Shown here in pieces: positions 29,848 to 40,219 of a DNA stretch of 64,000 nt (position 1 is its first letter; each line of letters starts with the position of its first letter). The notes under the pieces are model-generated. The model saw only the letters and a program-made list of their open reading frames with translations. It did no database searches and was not told the DNA's origin. The DNA is from a virus: positions 18,856-82,855 of IMG/VR virus record IMGVR_UViG_3300009164_005114, one strand, 5' to 3'. Both the position numbers and the translations under genes were made by a program.

Positions 29848-30678
29848 ATGATTACAACAGATAACGAATTTTATTCATCACCATACTATTTTCTTTTAAG
29901 AGATAAAGGAGATAAATACTCATTATATTTCTCCGTAGAGGGAAATTTGACCGAAGCTCGTGAAAAAGATGAGGTGATTCACTTTGAAAAAAGTAAAGGT
30001 ACAAAAGTTAAAAACCATCTTAAGAAAGTTGCCAAAGAGAAAAAAATTAAAACAACTAAAGGTCTTAAGAAGGATTTGGAAGAATTAGTAAATTTAGATG
30101 GAGCATTGTCCAATTCTAAAATTCCAATTCTTGACCCAAAACTTCACCCTAAAAAAACAATGGACCAAACCGTTGCAGCTGCTCGTATTACAAATGACCC
30201 TATTTCTCGTGGTTATAGAAGTTATTATGGTGAGTCAGTTGAGGAAGTTAGTGAAATTGATATGTCGGGGGCTTTTGGATACGAAGAGACTGAAGATATG
30301 GACGGAGCAGAAACTTACAAATATTTAGTTAAAAAGATGGGTATGGAACCTGATGAGGCAAAAGAAAGAACAAAACAACAAGGTAAAGACCCTTCAGGTA
30401 AAAAAGATAAAAATTCAAAGTATTATAAAGATAAAAATTTTGTAACAAGGGCAACTTTATCTGAAATACAAAAACAAAAAATGATTAAAGTGGTTGAAGA
30501 CATTTTAATGGGTAAAAAAAATTCAGACAATTCTGAGGTTGGAAAAAAAGAACTTCCTAAGAATATTGATGAATTACCACTATTAATTAGAAAAAATTTA
30601 AAAACTCTTTTGGGTCATGTTGAAAAAAACGGATTCTCAAAAGAAGATTTAATCAAACTTATAAAAAAAGGTGAATAA
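29848..30678 (+). CDS. Hypothetical Lys/Glu-rich protein
   Basis: 276-aa ORF, first in its operon. Confidence 0.6.
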   Translation: MITTDNEFYSSPYYFLLRDKGDKYSLYFSVEGNLTEAREKDEVIHFEKSKGTKVKNHLKKVAKEKKIKTTKGLKKDLEELVNLDGALSNSKIPILDPKLHPKKTMDQTVAAARITNDPISRGYRSYYGESVEEVSEIDMSGAFGYEETEDMDGAETYKYLVKKMGMEPDEAKERTKQQGKDPSGKKDKNSKYYKDKNFVTRATLSEIQKQKMIKVVEDILMGKKNSDNSEVGKKELPKNIDELPLLIRKNLKTLLGHVEKNGFSKEDLIKLIKKGE

Positions 30679-31138
30679 AAGTTTATACGATAAAGAGATT
30701 GAATTTCCATCTGACAAAAGGGAGTATATGAAAAAATGTTTTCATATGGTTAAAAATGCAAATGAGAAAACTGAGGGATTTAACAGAAATAAAGAACTTC
30801 AGGGACAAAAATTTATCACATATAAACAATTAAAAAGAATTAAAAACTTTTTTGATAACTTTAAAGGTAACCAAAAAGAACCTTCATTTATTTTAAATGG
30901 TGGTGTTGAAATTAAAAATTGGGTTAACGATGAGTTAAGAAAAATGAGGGAGTATATTAAAAATACCAAAACGAATAAAATGAACGCTGGTATGATGAAC
31001 CAATTCATTGACCCTCACGAGAAAAAAGATTTTACAAATGTAAGACCATCTCAAGAACATTCAAAAACTGTAGACAAATATAACCCTTCAGTTAATGAAA
31101 GTGTTAAGAGAATAAACGAACTAATTTCAAAAATATAA
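30671..31138 (+). CDS. Hypothetical protein
   Basis: ORF coupled to the upstream gene; GTG start. Confidence 0.6.
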   Translation: MNKSLYDKEIEFPSDKREYMKKCFHMVKNANEKTEGFNRNKELQGQKFITYKQLKRIKNFFDNFKGNQKEPSFILNGGVEIKNWVNDELRKMREYIKNTKTNKMNAGMMNQFIDPHEKKDFTNVRPSQEHSKTVDKYNPSVNESVKRINELISKI

Positions 31139-31142
31139 TATC

Positions 31143-31436
31143 ATGGCACAACAAACAACAGTTGATTTAAACCAAAATGAACCAAACGCAATGACAGCAA
31201 TTGCAGAACAAGAAAGAGCTAAATTGATTCCTAAAAACGATTATAATCAAGCGGGTAATCCTTATTCTTCTGTAAACAAAGATGCGGTTGCCGATGGTGA
31301 CTCTATGGGTAGAGGTACAGGCTCTTTTTTAGATGTTTATAACGTAAACGCGGGAACGATAGATGATATCGTGGAAAGAAAAAGTGAGGTAAAAATCAAT
31401 CAATACAATTCATCAAAAACATACCCTAATTTCTAA
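31143..31436 (+). CDS. Hypothetical protein
   Basis: 97-aa ORF within the operon. Confidence 0.55.
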   Translation: MAQQTTVDLNQNEPNAMTAIAEQERAKLIPKNDYNQAGNPYSSVNKDAVADGDSMGRGTGSFLDVYNVNAGTIDDIVERKSEVKINQYNSSKTYPNF

Positions 31437-31915
31437 TGAAACTACAAGGAGCATTAAAAGGTTTAATTTGTGAAATCGCGTCTTTAGATGGTATTGTCGA
31501 TGCTATTAAAGGACGAAAAGTTGTTATTATTTATTACGATGGTGATGAACCAGGTGGTAGAGGACTAAGACAAATTGAGCCAGTATGCTTAGGAGTTAGT
31601 AAAGCGGGTAATAAAGTTTTAAGAGCTTGGGATTCAGAGGGGTCGTCTCACACTGCTTATGAAGGAGACCAACCATTACCAGGGTGGAGATTATTTAGGT
31701 TAGATAAAATTCTATCTAACAAACCTACGGGTGAGGTTTACAATGAACCCAAACCTGGTTATAATTTTAACGGAGACAAAAGTATGGTTAGTGTTATTAT
31801 TAATGCTAAGTTTGATAATACACCACCACAACCTCAAACGCCACCAACACCACAACCTGAAACACCACCAACACCTGAAACTCCACCAACACCAGAAGAA
31901 GAAAATTTAACATAA
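31436..31915 (+). CDS. Stand-alone WYL-domain protein with a Pro/Thr/Glu tail
   Basis: AIKGRKVVIIYY...R.IEP..LG...LRAW...WRLFRLDKI. Confidence 0.75.
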   Translation: MKLQGALKGLICEIASLDGIVDAIKGRKVVIIYYDGDEPGGRGLRQIEPVCLGVSKAGNKVLRAWDSEGSSHTAYEGDQPLPGWRLFRLDKILSNKPTGEVYNEPKPGYNFNGDKSMVSVIINAKFDNTPPQPQTPPTPQPETPPTPETPPTPEEENLT

Positions 31916-31916
31916 C

Positions 31917-32558
31917 ATGGACAGATTAATGGAAAAATTGGCTTTATCAAAAGCCATTATGGATAAGGCAGATGGAATTAAAAGTTCAAATTCCATGAAT
32001 GGAGGTTTACCACCAACATCATTACAACAATTAAATGCTCCTGAAACATTTAATGTTCCTGCTGCAAAATACAATATACCTTCAGAATTCTTACAAGAAG
32101 AATCATCTGTAAATCAACCTTACTTATCTGCAGCACCAAGAGAAAATACAAAACCAGTTGGTGTACCAACAGTAGATGCAATCAAAAATTCTAAATTACC
32201 TGAAGAAATTAAAAGGTTAATGATGGAACATCCAATTGCTCAAGCCCAACAACCACAAATGACAATATCTAATGAGCTTATTGAAAAGGCATCGAGATTA
32301 ATGAAAGAAAATGGTGGTTATATTCCTGAATCAGCAAAAGAAAAATCAACTCAACAACAACCGCAACAACAACAACATTCAGTTGGCGGTATTGATTATA
32401 AATTAATCAAAAAAATGATTAATGAAGCAGTTAATGATGCGTTAAAAGAAAACGGATTACTCACAGAATCTTCAGAAAAATCTAATGAAATTTTTAGTTT
32501 TAAAGTTGGTAAACATATATTTGAAGGTAAGGTAACCAAAATTAAAAAGTTGTCTTAA
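31917..32558 (+). CDS. Hypothetical protein
   Basis: 213-aa ORF; IKNSKLPEEIK motif. Confidence 0.6.
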   Translation: MDRLMEKLALSKAIMDKADGIKSSNSMNGGLPPTSLQQLNAPETFNVPAAKYNIPSEFLQEESSVNQPYLSAAPRENTKPVGVPTVDAIKNSKLPEEIKRLMMEHPIAQAQQPQMTISNELIEKASRLMKENGGYIPESAKEKSTQQQPQQQQHSVGGIDYKLIKKMINEAVNDALKENGLLTESSEKSNEIFSFKVGKHIFEGKVTKIKKLS

Positions 32559-32612
32559 CCCCTTTCTTTATTTGACTCGAATTACTATATTTTAAGAAAT
32601 ATATTAATTATA

Positions 32613-33827
32613 ATGTCAAAAATTAAAATCTTAGTAGTACCATCCGACAGAACTGGTGTCGGAAAATTTAGGTCAGTCGACCCTCACGTATTCTTACAAA
32701 ACTTGTATGGAGACGAATTCCATGTAGATATAGTTTATGAAGTTCCTTATGAGGATATGAAATTTTGGTCTCAGTATCAAATTGTTTCATATCATAGAAG
32801 TATTGGTCCTGATTTTGATAAATCACATGAACTTATTCAAAAATTAAATTCATTAGGAATTATCACTGTTTGTGATATTGATGATTATTGGATGCCAGGA
32901 AGAGAGCACCCAATTCATGATATTATTAGAGTAAATAAGATTAATGAAAAAATTGTTGCAAGTCTTAGAGTTTCACAATATGTGACAACTACAACAAATA
33001 TTTTTGCAGATGAAATCAGAAAAATAAATAAAAATGTTTCTGTTTTTCCAAATGCAATTAACCCTAATGAACCACAATTTAAAGAACCTACTTTAGAATC
33101 AGATAGATTGAGGATTGGTTGGCTAGGGGGTTCTTCTCACTTACACGACATTCAGTTATTAGACCAATCTTTTGGTAGAATGACATCCGCTAAAGATAAG
33201 GTACAATTTGTATTGTGTGGATTTGATACAAGAGGTAGTGTTACCGAAATTAATCAACAAACAGGTGAACACAAAAGAAGAGATATTTTACCTCATGAAA
33301 CTGTTTGGGCTCAATACGAAAAAATATTTACACAAAATTATTCTATAGTTTCTGAAGATTATAAAAAACATCTATTAAATTATAATCAATTACCTTATGA
33401 AAATGAGGCGAATGAGGCTTATATTAGAGTATGGACAAAACCTGTTACATCTTACGCTAAGAATTATTCAAAATTTGACGTATCTTTGTCTCCAATCAAA
33501 AACAATATGTTTAATAGAATGAAGTCTCAATTAAAAGTTATTGAAGCTGGATTCTATAAGAAAGCCCTTATTGCTTCAGATTTGGGGCCATATACCATAG
33601 ATTTAAAACACTGTTTAAATCATGGTAATTTTGTTGATGGTAACGCACTTTTAGTTGATGAAAAAAGAAATCATTCTGATTGGGCGAAATTTATTGACAA
33701 ACTTATTAAAAACCCAAATATGGCAAAAGACATGGGTGAAAGATTATATGAAACCGTTAAAGACACATATGACTTAAATATTGTAACAAAAAGTAGAGCA
33801 GAATTTTACAAATCTTTAATTAAATAA
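32613..33827 (+). CDS. GT-B (GT4-like) glycosyltransferase
   Basis: DIDDYW, RIGWLGGSSH..D, FNRMKSQLKVIEAG, IASD.GPY. Confidence 0.8.
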   Translation: MSKIKILVVPSDRTGVGKFRSVDPHVFLQNLYGDEFHVDIVYEVPYEDMKFWSQYQIVSYHRSIGPDFDKSHELIQKLNSLGIITVCDIDDYWMPGREHPIHDIIRVNKINEKIVASLRVSQYVTTTTNIFADEIRKINKNVSVFPNAINPNEPQFKEPTLESDRLRIGWLGGSSHLHDIQLLDQSFGRMTSAKDKVQFVLCGFDTRGSVTEINQQTGEHKRRDILPHETVWAQYEKIFTQNYSIVSEDYKKHLLNYNQLPYENEANEAYIRVWTKPVTSYAKNYSKFDVSLSPIKNNMFNRMKSQLKVIEAGFYKKALIASDLGPYTIDLKHCLNHGNFVDGNALLVDEKRNHSDWAKFIDKLIKNPNMAKDMGERLYETVKDTYDLNIVTKSRAEFYKSLIK

Positions 33828-33830
33828 CAA

Positions 33831-34532
33831 ATGATAAACATACCATTAACCAAAATTTTATTCTTGGATATTGAAACTGTGGGTATTCAACCTGATTGGG
33901 AGTCTCTTGAGTCTAATAGACCTGAGTTGGCATTCCAATTTAAAAATTACCACGATTGGTTTCAAAAAAGATTTCCTGAGGATGCAGATAAACCTGTAGG
34001 AGATATGTTTGTAAACCGAGCAGCATTAGTTCCTGAATTTGCAAGAATAGCATGTGTTAGCGTTGCCTTTGTTACAGATAAAGGTGAAACTAAAATGCAA
34101 TCTTTTAGTGACCCTGATGAGAAAAAATTATTACAAGATGTTCAAAAATTATTGTACCGAGTTGGGGAGTTGGGATTCTTTTTATGTGGTCATAATGTTA
34201 AAGGGTTTGATATCCCTATGATGGCAAAAAGAATGATTATGAATGGAATTCTTCCACCAAAAATATTACCAGGTCATGATACTAAACCATGGGAAATTAA
34301 AGCTCTTGATACTAAAGAACTTTGGCAATATGGTGGTTACGGGTCAATCGCATCATTAGAATTAATGTGCGTTTGTTTAGGTGTTGAATCTTCTAAAAAC
34401 ATGGAAGTAACAGGTAATAAAGTTCACGAAGCATTTTGGGTTAAAAAAGATATTAAAGGTATTGTTGAATATTGTGAAAAAGATGTATCTGTTTTAATTG
34501 ATGTAATAAATAAACTATTAAAATTAAAATAA
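33831..34532 (+). CDS. Stand-alone PolB-like 3'-5' exonuclease (DEDD)
   Basis: FLDIET, GHNVKGFDIP, YCEKDV. Confidence 0.85.
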   Translation: MINIPLTKILFLDIETVGIQPDWESLESNRPELAFQFKNYHDWFQKRFPEDADKPVGDMFVNRAALVPEFARIACVSVAFVTDKGETKMQSFSDPDEKKLLQDVQKLLYRVGELGFFLCGHNVKGFDIPMMAKRMIMNGILPPKILPGHDTKPWEIKALDTKELWQYGGYGSIASLELMCVCLGVESSKNMEVTGNKVHEAFWVKKDIKGIVEYCEKDVSVLIDVINKLLKLK

Positions 34533-35125
34533 TGGATAAGATTTACAAAGAAATTGAAAGACAATTTGATAAGATTAAAGCTCAAGCAGGTATTGAACCT
34601 GATGAGGAATATCAAAAAGAATTAGAAGAAGCGCTTGGTTTAGATTTAGATGAAATTGAAAAATTTATGTACGACTCGGCCAGAACAAGAACTGTTAAAA
34701 TAGAGACTGTTCATAAAGACGCAGTATTCCCAAAATACGCATACCCAACCGATTCAGGATTTGATTTACATTCAACTAATGATTTAGAAGTAGGTCCGTT
34801 TGGGAGAGTTTTAGTTCCAACAGGAATTAAAGTTTCTTTTGAAGAAGGATATGAAATTCAAGTTAGACCTAAAAGTGGTTTGGCAATTAAACAAGGTTTA
34901 ACTGTTTTAAACACACCAGGAACTGTAGACCAAGGATACACAGGTGAAATACAAGTTATTGTCTTCAACACAAACAATTACGCAGTTACAATTCCAAAAG
35001 GAATGAAAGTTGGGCAAGCTGTTTTATGTCCTGTGGTTAATGGTAAGTTTGTTAATTTTGAACAGGTAAATAGTATTGAAAATAAAGACCGAGGAAATAA
35101 TGGATTTGGTAGTACAGGAATTTAA
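34532..35125 (+). CDS. dut: dUTPase
   Basis: SGFDL, RPKSGLA, PGTVDQGYTGEI, RGNNGFGSTG. Confidence 0.95.
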   Translation: MDKIYKEIERQFDKIKAQAGIEPDEEYQKELEEALGLDLDEIEKFMYDSARTRTVKIETVHKDAVFPKYAYPTDSGFDLHSTNDLEVGPFGRVLVPTGIKVSFEEGYEIQVRPKSGLAIKQGLTVLNTPGTVDQGYTGEIQVIVFNTNNYAVTIPKGMKVGQAVLCPVVNGKFVNFEQVNSIENKDRGNNGFGSTGI

Positions 35126-35135
35126 AAAATAAATA

Positions 35136-36776
35136 ATGATTACAGTAGGATATTCAACAAGAGAACATAACCCAAAATTTATAGAATACTTAAAAAAAAG
35201 TTCAGGGTTTAAAAAAATAGAAGTTATTGAAAAAATTAATAACGGAGAAAAATCTTTAGCAGAAGTTTATAATGAAATACTTTCAGAGTCAAAAACTGAC
35301 ATAGTTGTATTATGTCATGACGACATTTACTTTGATACATCAAGTTGGTATCACAAAATAAAGTCTCATTTTGATAAAAGTGATTACGGTATTTTAGGAG
35401 TTGCGGGTACAACCCATATGTCAGAAACTGGTAGATGGTGGGAAACTAATCGTAGAAAAAACATGATTGGTATTGTTAATCACGAAAGTGGTGGAAAAAA
35501 ATGGACATCAAAATACTCCGAAGATTTAAATAAATCTATTAAGGAAACCGTTATTGTTGATGGTTTGTTTATCGCATTAAGTAAATCAAGAATCAAAACT
35601 AATTTTTTGGAAGAGTTTAAAGGGTTTCACTTTTATGATATCGCATTTTGTTTTGAAAATTACTTACAAGGGGTTAAAGTTGGTGTTATAACAAATATTA
35701 GAATTACTCATAAATCTATAGGACAAACAAATGACCAATGGGAAGAAAATAGAGAATTGTTTGTTAAAAAATATGGTGAAAATTTACCATCAAAAATTCC
35801 ATTTGACCCAAATAAAAGAATTAAAGTTTTACTATCTTGTCTTTTCTTTAGAGGATTTACAGGTTCTGAATTATATGTTTTTGAACTTGCTAAAAGTTTA
35901 ATTAAATTAAATTGTAGTGTAACCATTTTATCTCAAATTGGAGGACCATTAACTGACATGGCAAAAAAATTGGGTATTAAATGTGTGTCATTTGAAAACG
36001 CGCCAGGTTTTAAACTTGGCGATGGTCAATGGGGTATGAACACCCCTGAAGGGTTTAAGCCATCAACACCAAATGCTTTGTATAAAGTTTCTGAAGTTGA
36101 TTATGATATTGTCCACATCCAACACAAACCAGTTACTGAAAGAATTTTAAACATGTATCCTGAATTGGATAAAATTTGTACTATTCATTCTGAGGTAATG
36201 TCAAAAGAACTTGAAAATCCAATTCTTAACGATACAATAAAAAAATATATCGCAATTCGTCCTGAGATTAAATCTCATATGATTGAAAATTTTCAAATTC
36301 CTGAAGAAATGATTGAGGTCATTTACAATCCAGTTGATAATGAAAAATTTAAATCTAAAACTATACCAACTGAAAACTATGTGTTATTTGTTGGTACTAT
36401 AGATTATTTAAGAAAAGAAGCAATTTTAGATTTAATTGAATACACAAGAGAAATTGGAAAAGAGTTATGGTTAGTAGGTGAAAATAATGGAAATTATTTA
36501 GAAAATATTTTACTTGAGGACCATGTTAAACATTTCCCATCAACTTGGAACATTGAGGATTTTATAACTAAATCTTACGAAACTGCGGGTATTCAATTAG
36601 GTAGAACAACTATTGAAAGTTGGTTGTGTAATAAACCAAGTTGGATTTATAAGGTAAATTCAAATGGATTTATTTTATCAAAAGAAAAACATGAACCCCC
36701 AACCGATATTGAGAAATATTATACCATGAATGTTGCTCAACAAATAAGAAATGAATATGTTAAAATATTATCATAA
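35136..36776 (+). CDS. Two-domain glycosyltransferase (GT2-like plus GT-B)
   Basis: YN...CHDD, VDGLFIA and FHFYD; second domain FTGSELYVFELAKSL. Confidence 0.8.
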   Translation: MITVGYSTREHNPKFIEYLKKSSGFKKIEVIEKINNGEKSLAEVYNEILSESKTDIVVLCHDDIYFDTSSWYHKIKSHFDKSDYGILGVAGTTHMSETGRWWETNRRKNMIGIVNHESGGKKWTSKYSEDLNKSIKETVIVDGLFIALSKSRIKTNFLEEFKGFHFYDIAFCFENYLQGVKVGVITNIRITHKSIGQTNDQWEENRELFVKKYGENLPSKIPFDPNKRIKVLLSCLFFRGFTGSELYVFELAKSLIKLNCSVTILSQIGGPLTDMAKKLGIKCVSFENAPGFKLGDGQWGMNTPEGFKPSTPNALYKVSEVDYDIVHIQHKPVTERILNMYPELDKICTIHSEVMSKELENPILNDTIKKYIAIRPEIKSHMIENFQIPEEMIEVIYNPVDNEKFKSKTIPTENYVLFVGTIDYLRKEAILDLIEYTREIGKELWLVGENNGNYLENILLEDHVKHFPSTWNIEDFITKSYETAGIQLGRTTIESWLCNKPSWIYKVNSNGFILSKEKHEPPTDIEKYYTMNVAQQIRNEYVKILS

Positions 36777-37933
36777 TGAAAATAGGAATAATTGGTGCGA
36801 ATGATTTAAGTGTGTCTTTTGGATTATTATGTGAAAAAAAAGGTCACACCGTTATTGTTGCGGATTCAGATGAAAACTATATTTTTAATTTAAATCAAAA
36901 AATTTGTTTAACTAATGAACCATTAGTTCAATCTATGTTATTTGATACCACAAAATTTAGTGGTACCACAAATCATTTAGATTTAATTAAAAATTCTGAT
37001 TTAATTTTTGTTTTTGTGACAACACCATCAAATGTTAATGGTAGTTATGACACAACTAAAGTTTTTGAATTTGTTGCTGAATTTTATACAGCATCATCAT
37101 TAGACATACCTCTTTATGATAAAAAATTAATAATAAGTTCTGTTGTTAATCCTGGTGATGTTGACCAAATACAACAAAGGTTAAGTATGTTTAACGTACA
37201 AGTTGCATATAATCCTTTATTCACAGTTGAAGGTGAGATGGTTAAAAATATTGAGGAGTCTGACATAGTTTTAATTGGTAGTGAACATCAAGAACTTTCA
37301 AATACTTTAACTTACTTACATACTAAAATTAAAACAGTTCCCGTTAACACTTACGTAATGTCCCCAAAAGCGTCTGAAATAACTAAATTATCTATTAATT
37401 GTTTTTTGGCATCAAAAATTAGTTACGCAAATATGATAGGTGAAATTATGAGTAAATCAGGAATTGAAGAAGAAACTAATATTGTGTTAACAGCCATTGG
37501 TGGGGATTCCAGAATTGGTAAAAAATTAATGAAATATGGTTTTGGTTTTGGAGGACCTTTAATTCCTAAAGATAATAGAGCATTACAATTTTATTCAAAA
37601 TCAATTGACGCAAATTCTGAGTTACTTTTAAATGTAGAAACATTTAATAAATCTCATTCAGAATTTATTAAAAATTATTATATACAAGGAAACCCAAATA
37701 AAGAAGTACCATTTGTGTTAAACCACATTACCCATAAAAAAGGAAGTGTAACATTAGATGAATCACAACAATTTCAATTATGTGTAGATTTACTAATAGA
37801 AGGATATTATGTGAATGTTATTGAAATTTCAGAGATTGCAAATAAATTAAATTCTTTGTCCGAATCATACGATGGTAGATTAAGATTTTACAAACAAGGG
37901 ACTAAACCCGAAGGTATTTTAATTAATTTATAA
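36776..37933 (+). CDS. UDP-glucose/GDP-mannose dehydrogenase homologue with degenerate active site
   Basis: FVTTP, YNP, EITKLSIN.FLA.KISYAN and DSRIG present; GGPLIPKD lacks the catalytic Cys. Confidence 0.8.
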   Translation: MKIGIIGANDLSVSFGLLCEKKGHTVIVADSDENYIFNLNQKICLTNEPLVQSMLFDTTKFSGTTNHLDLIKNSDLIFVFVTTPSNVNGSYDTTKVFEFVAEFYTASSLDIPLYDKKLIISSVVNPGDVDQIQQRLSMFNVQVAYNPLFTVEGEMVKNIEESDIVLIGSEHQELSNTLTYLHTKIKTVPVNTYVMSPKASEITKLSINCFLASKISYANMIGEIMSKSGIEEETNIVLTAIGGDSRIGKKLMKYGFGFGGPLIPKDNRALQFYSKSIDANSELLLNVETFNKSHSEFIKNYYIQGNPNKEVPFVLNHITHKKGSVTLDESQQFQLCVDLLIEGYYVNVIEISEIANKLNSLSESYDGRLRFYKQGTKPEGILINL

Positions 37934-38643
37934 TGATAGTATTAACTACAACATATAATTGTGAAAAATTTGTAGAAAAATCTTTATTGACGATTATGTC
38001 TCAAAGGTTTAAAGATTTTAAGTGTTATATTACTGATGACATGTCAACTGATAAAACCGTTGATGTTATAAAAAAAACTATAAGTGGTGATGATAGATTT
38101 GTTTTAATTGAAAACAAACAAAAGATGTATCAGCCAGGTAACTATGACCAAATAATTCGTGGGATGAATATTCATGATAATGAAATTTGTGTTGAAATTG
38201 ATGGAGATGATTGGTTACCAAATTCAAATGTTTTATCATTTATTGATGAAATATATAAAAATGAAAATGTTTGGATGACTAGTGGTTCGTTCAAATATCA
38301 CGATGGGAGGCCAGGTTTTGCAAATCCCCCAAAAAATTTTACAACTGTTAGAAACCAAACTTTTACTTTATCTCATTTAAGAACTTGGAAATCTTGGTTA
38401 TGGAAAAAAATTAAAGAAGATGATTTAAAAGATGTTTCAGGAAATTACTGGAGTGTCGCAGGTGATTTATCATTTATGTTTCCAATGTTAGAAATGTCAG
38501 GAGAAGAACACTTCAAATTTATTCCCGAAGTGTTATATGTCTATAACGAATCAAATCCATTAAACGACCATAAAGTTAACATGAATAAAGTGGTATCAAC
38601 TGTTAATATTATTAGAAATAAACCTGAATATAACAGAATATAA
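37933..38643 (+). CDS. GT2-family glycosyltransferase
   Basis: YNCEKF, DDMSTD, IDGDDWL. Confidence 0.85.
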   Translation: MIVLTTTYNCEKFVEKSLLTIMSQRFKDFKCYITDDMSTDKTVDVIKKTISGDDRFVLIENKQKMYQPGNYDQIIRGMNIHDNEICVEIDGDDWLPNSNVLSFIDEIYKNENVWMTSGSFKYHDGRPGFANPPKNFTTVRNQTFTLSHLRTWKSWLWKKIKEDDLKDVSGNYWSVAGDLSFMFPMLEMSGEEHFKFIPEVLYVYNESNPLNDHKVNMNKVVSTVNIIRNKPEYNRI

Positions 38644-39333
38644 GTGAAAATATCAATTTGTATCCCAACATGGGAACAATACGACAGAGGAGTTGAATTT
38701 CTAAGAAATAATTTAGAACGTATTTTAACCCAAACATATAAAAATTTTAACGTAATAATTTCAGACCATAGTAAAGATGATAAAATTAAATTACTATGCG
38801 ATTCGTATTCAGATAAATTTGAAATTAAATATGTTAAGAATCAAACCCTTTTAGGTAATGGACCTGCCAACACTAACAACGCAATAATTAATGCGGACGG
38901 GGACATTATTAAAATAATATTCCAAGATGATTTTTTATATCAAGATAAGTCATTAGAAATAATTGCAAAAGAATTTGAAAACACCGAATGTAATTGGTTA
39001 GTTAGTGGTTGTAACCATACACATGATGATGGAAAAAATTTTTCAAACTTTATGGTTCCATATTGGAACGACAACATTGCAACAGGAACAAATACAATTA
39101 GTTCTCCCTCAGTTTTATCTTTTAGAAATAATAATCCTTGTCTTTTTGATGAAGAATTAACTATGTTAATGGACTGTGAAATGTATTATCAACTTTACAT
39201 CAGATACGGATTACCTAAAATTATTACGGACTGTTTAATCACAAATAGAATGCACCAACATCAAATTAGTAGTTTATATAATAAAGATATGTGGTCAGAA
39301 ATAAATCATGTAAAAATTAAACACAGCATATAA
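38644..39333 (+). CDS. GT2-family glycosyltransferase
   Basis: ISICIPT, ISDHSKD, N.NNAI, FQDD. Confidence 0.85.
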   Translation: MKISICIPTWEQYDRGVEFLRNNLERILTQTYKNFNVIISDHSKDDKIKLLCDSYSDKFEIKYVKNQTLLGNGPANTNNAIINADGDIIKIIFQDDFLYQDKSLEIIAKEFENTECNWLVSGCNHTHDDGKNFSNFMVPYWNDNIATGTNTISSPSVLSFRNNNPCLFDEELTMLMDCEMYYQLYIRYGLPKIITDCLITNRMHQHQISSLYNKDMWSEINHVKIKHSI

Positions 39334-39334
39334 A

Positions 39335-40219
39335 ATGAAAAATCCAAAAGTATATATCAACATTCCAGCACAAGCAATCGCAGGTGGAGTTGAGTCTTTA
39401 TTTCAATTAGCCGACGCAATTAACAATGTTGGAGGTGAATCAATCATATTATGGGATATTCAATACGGAGACCCAATTCCTGGAAAATATAAACATTATA
39501 ATGTACAACATTCAAAAGAAGTTGAAGATACTTCTGATAATTGGATTATTTATCCTGAAGTTTGGACTGAAAAATTACACACTTATAAAAACTTAAAGAA
39601 AGCGATATGGTGGTTAAGTGTTGATAATAATCACGGTAAATTTAAAGAATTTTCTGATTCAAATATTACACATTTTTATCAGTCTTTTTATGCGTTAGAT
39701 TTTTTACAAAAAAATGGTGTTGAGAAATATCTTCCGTTATTTGATTATATCCCCGCAAAATATACTGAATCAACTTATGATATTTCTGAAAAGAAAAATA
39801 TTGTTTGTTACAATCCTGTTAAGGGTCTTGAAATTACCAATCAAATTAAATCTTTAAATCCTGATATTCAATTTGTACCTATTGTTGGTATGGAAGAAAA
39901 TCAAATTATTGACCTGTTAAAAACAAGTAAAATTTATATTGATTTTGGTCACCATCCTGGGAGAGATAGGATACCAAGAGAATCTGCAATACTCGGAAAT
40001 TGTGTTATAACAAATTCAAAAGGAGCTGCGGGATTTTATAATGACATACCTGCCAGCAAACAATATAAAACATCAAACGTCGAGGAAATTGGAACTGCAA
40101 TTCGTAACTGTTTTGAAAACTTTGAATCCGTAATCAATGAATACGCAATATACAGGTCTTCAATTAAAAACCAAAAAGAACAATTACATAACCTTGTAAA
40201 ACAATATTTTATATTATGA
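39335..40219 (+). CDS. Putative GT-B glycosyltransferase
   Basis: GGVESLFQL, WWLSVDN, YIDFGHHPGRDRIPRE. Confidence 0.65.
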   Translation: MKNPKVYINIPAQAIAGGVESLFQLADAINNVGGESIILWDIQYGDPIPGKYKHYNVQHSKEVEDTSDNWIIYPEVWTEKLHTYKNLKKAIWWLSVDNNHGKFKEFSDSNITHFYQSFYALDFLQKNGVEKYLPLFDYIPAKYTESTYDISEKKNIVCYNPVKGLEITNQIKSLNPDIQFVPIVGMEENQIIDLLKTSKIYIDFGHHPGRDRIPRESAILGNCVITNSKGAAGFYNDIPASKQYKTSNVEEIGTAIRNCFENFESVINEYAIYRSSIKNQKEQLHNLVKQYFIL

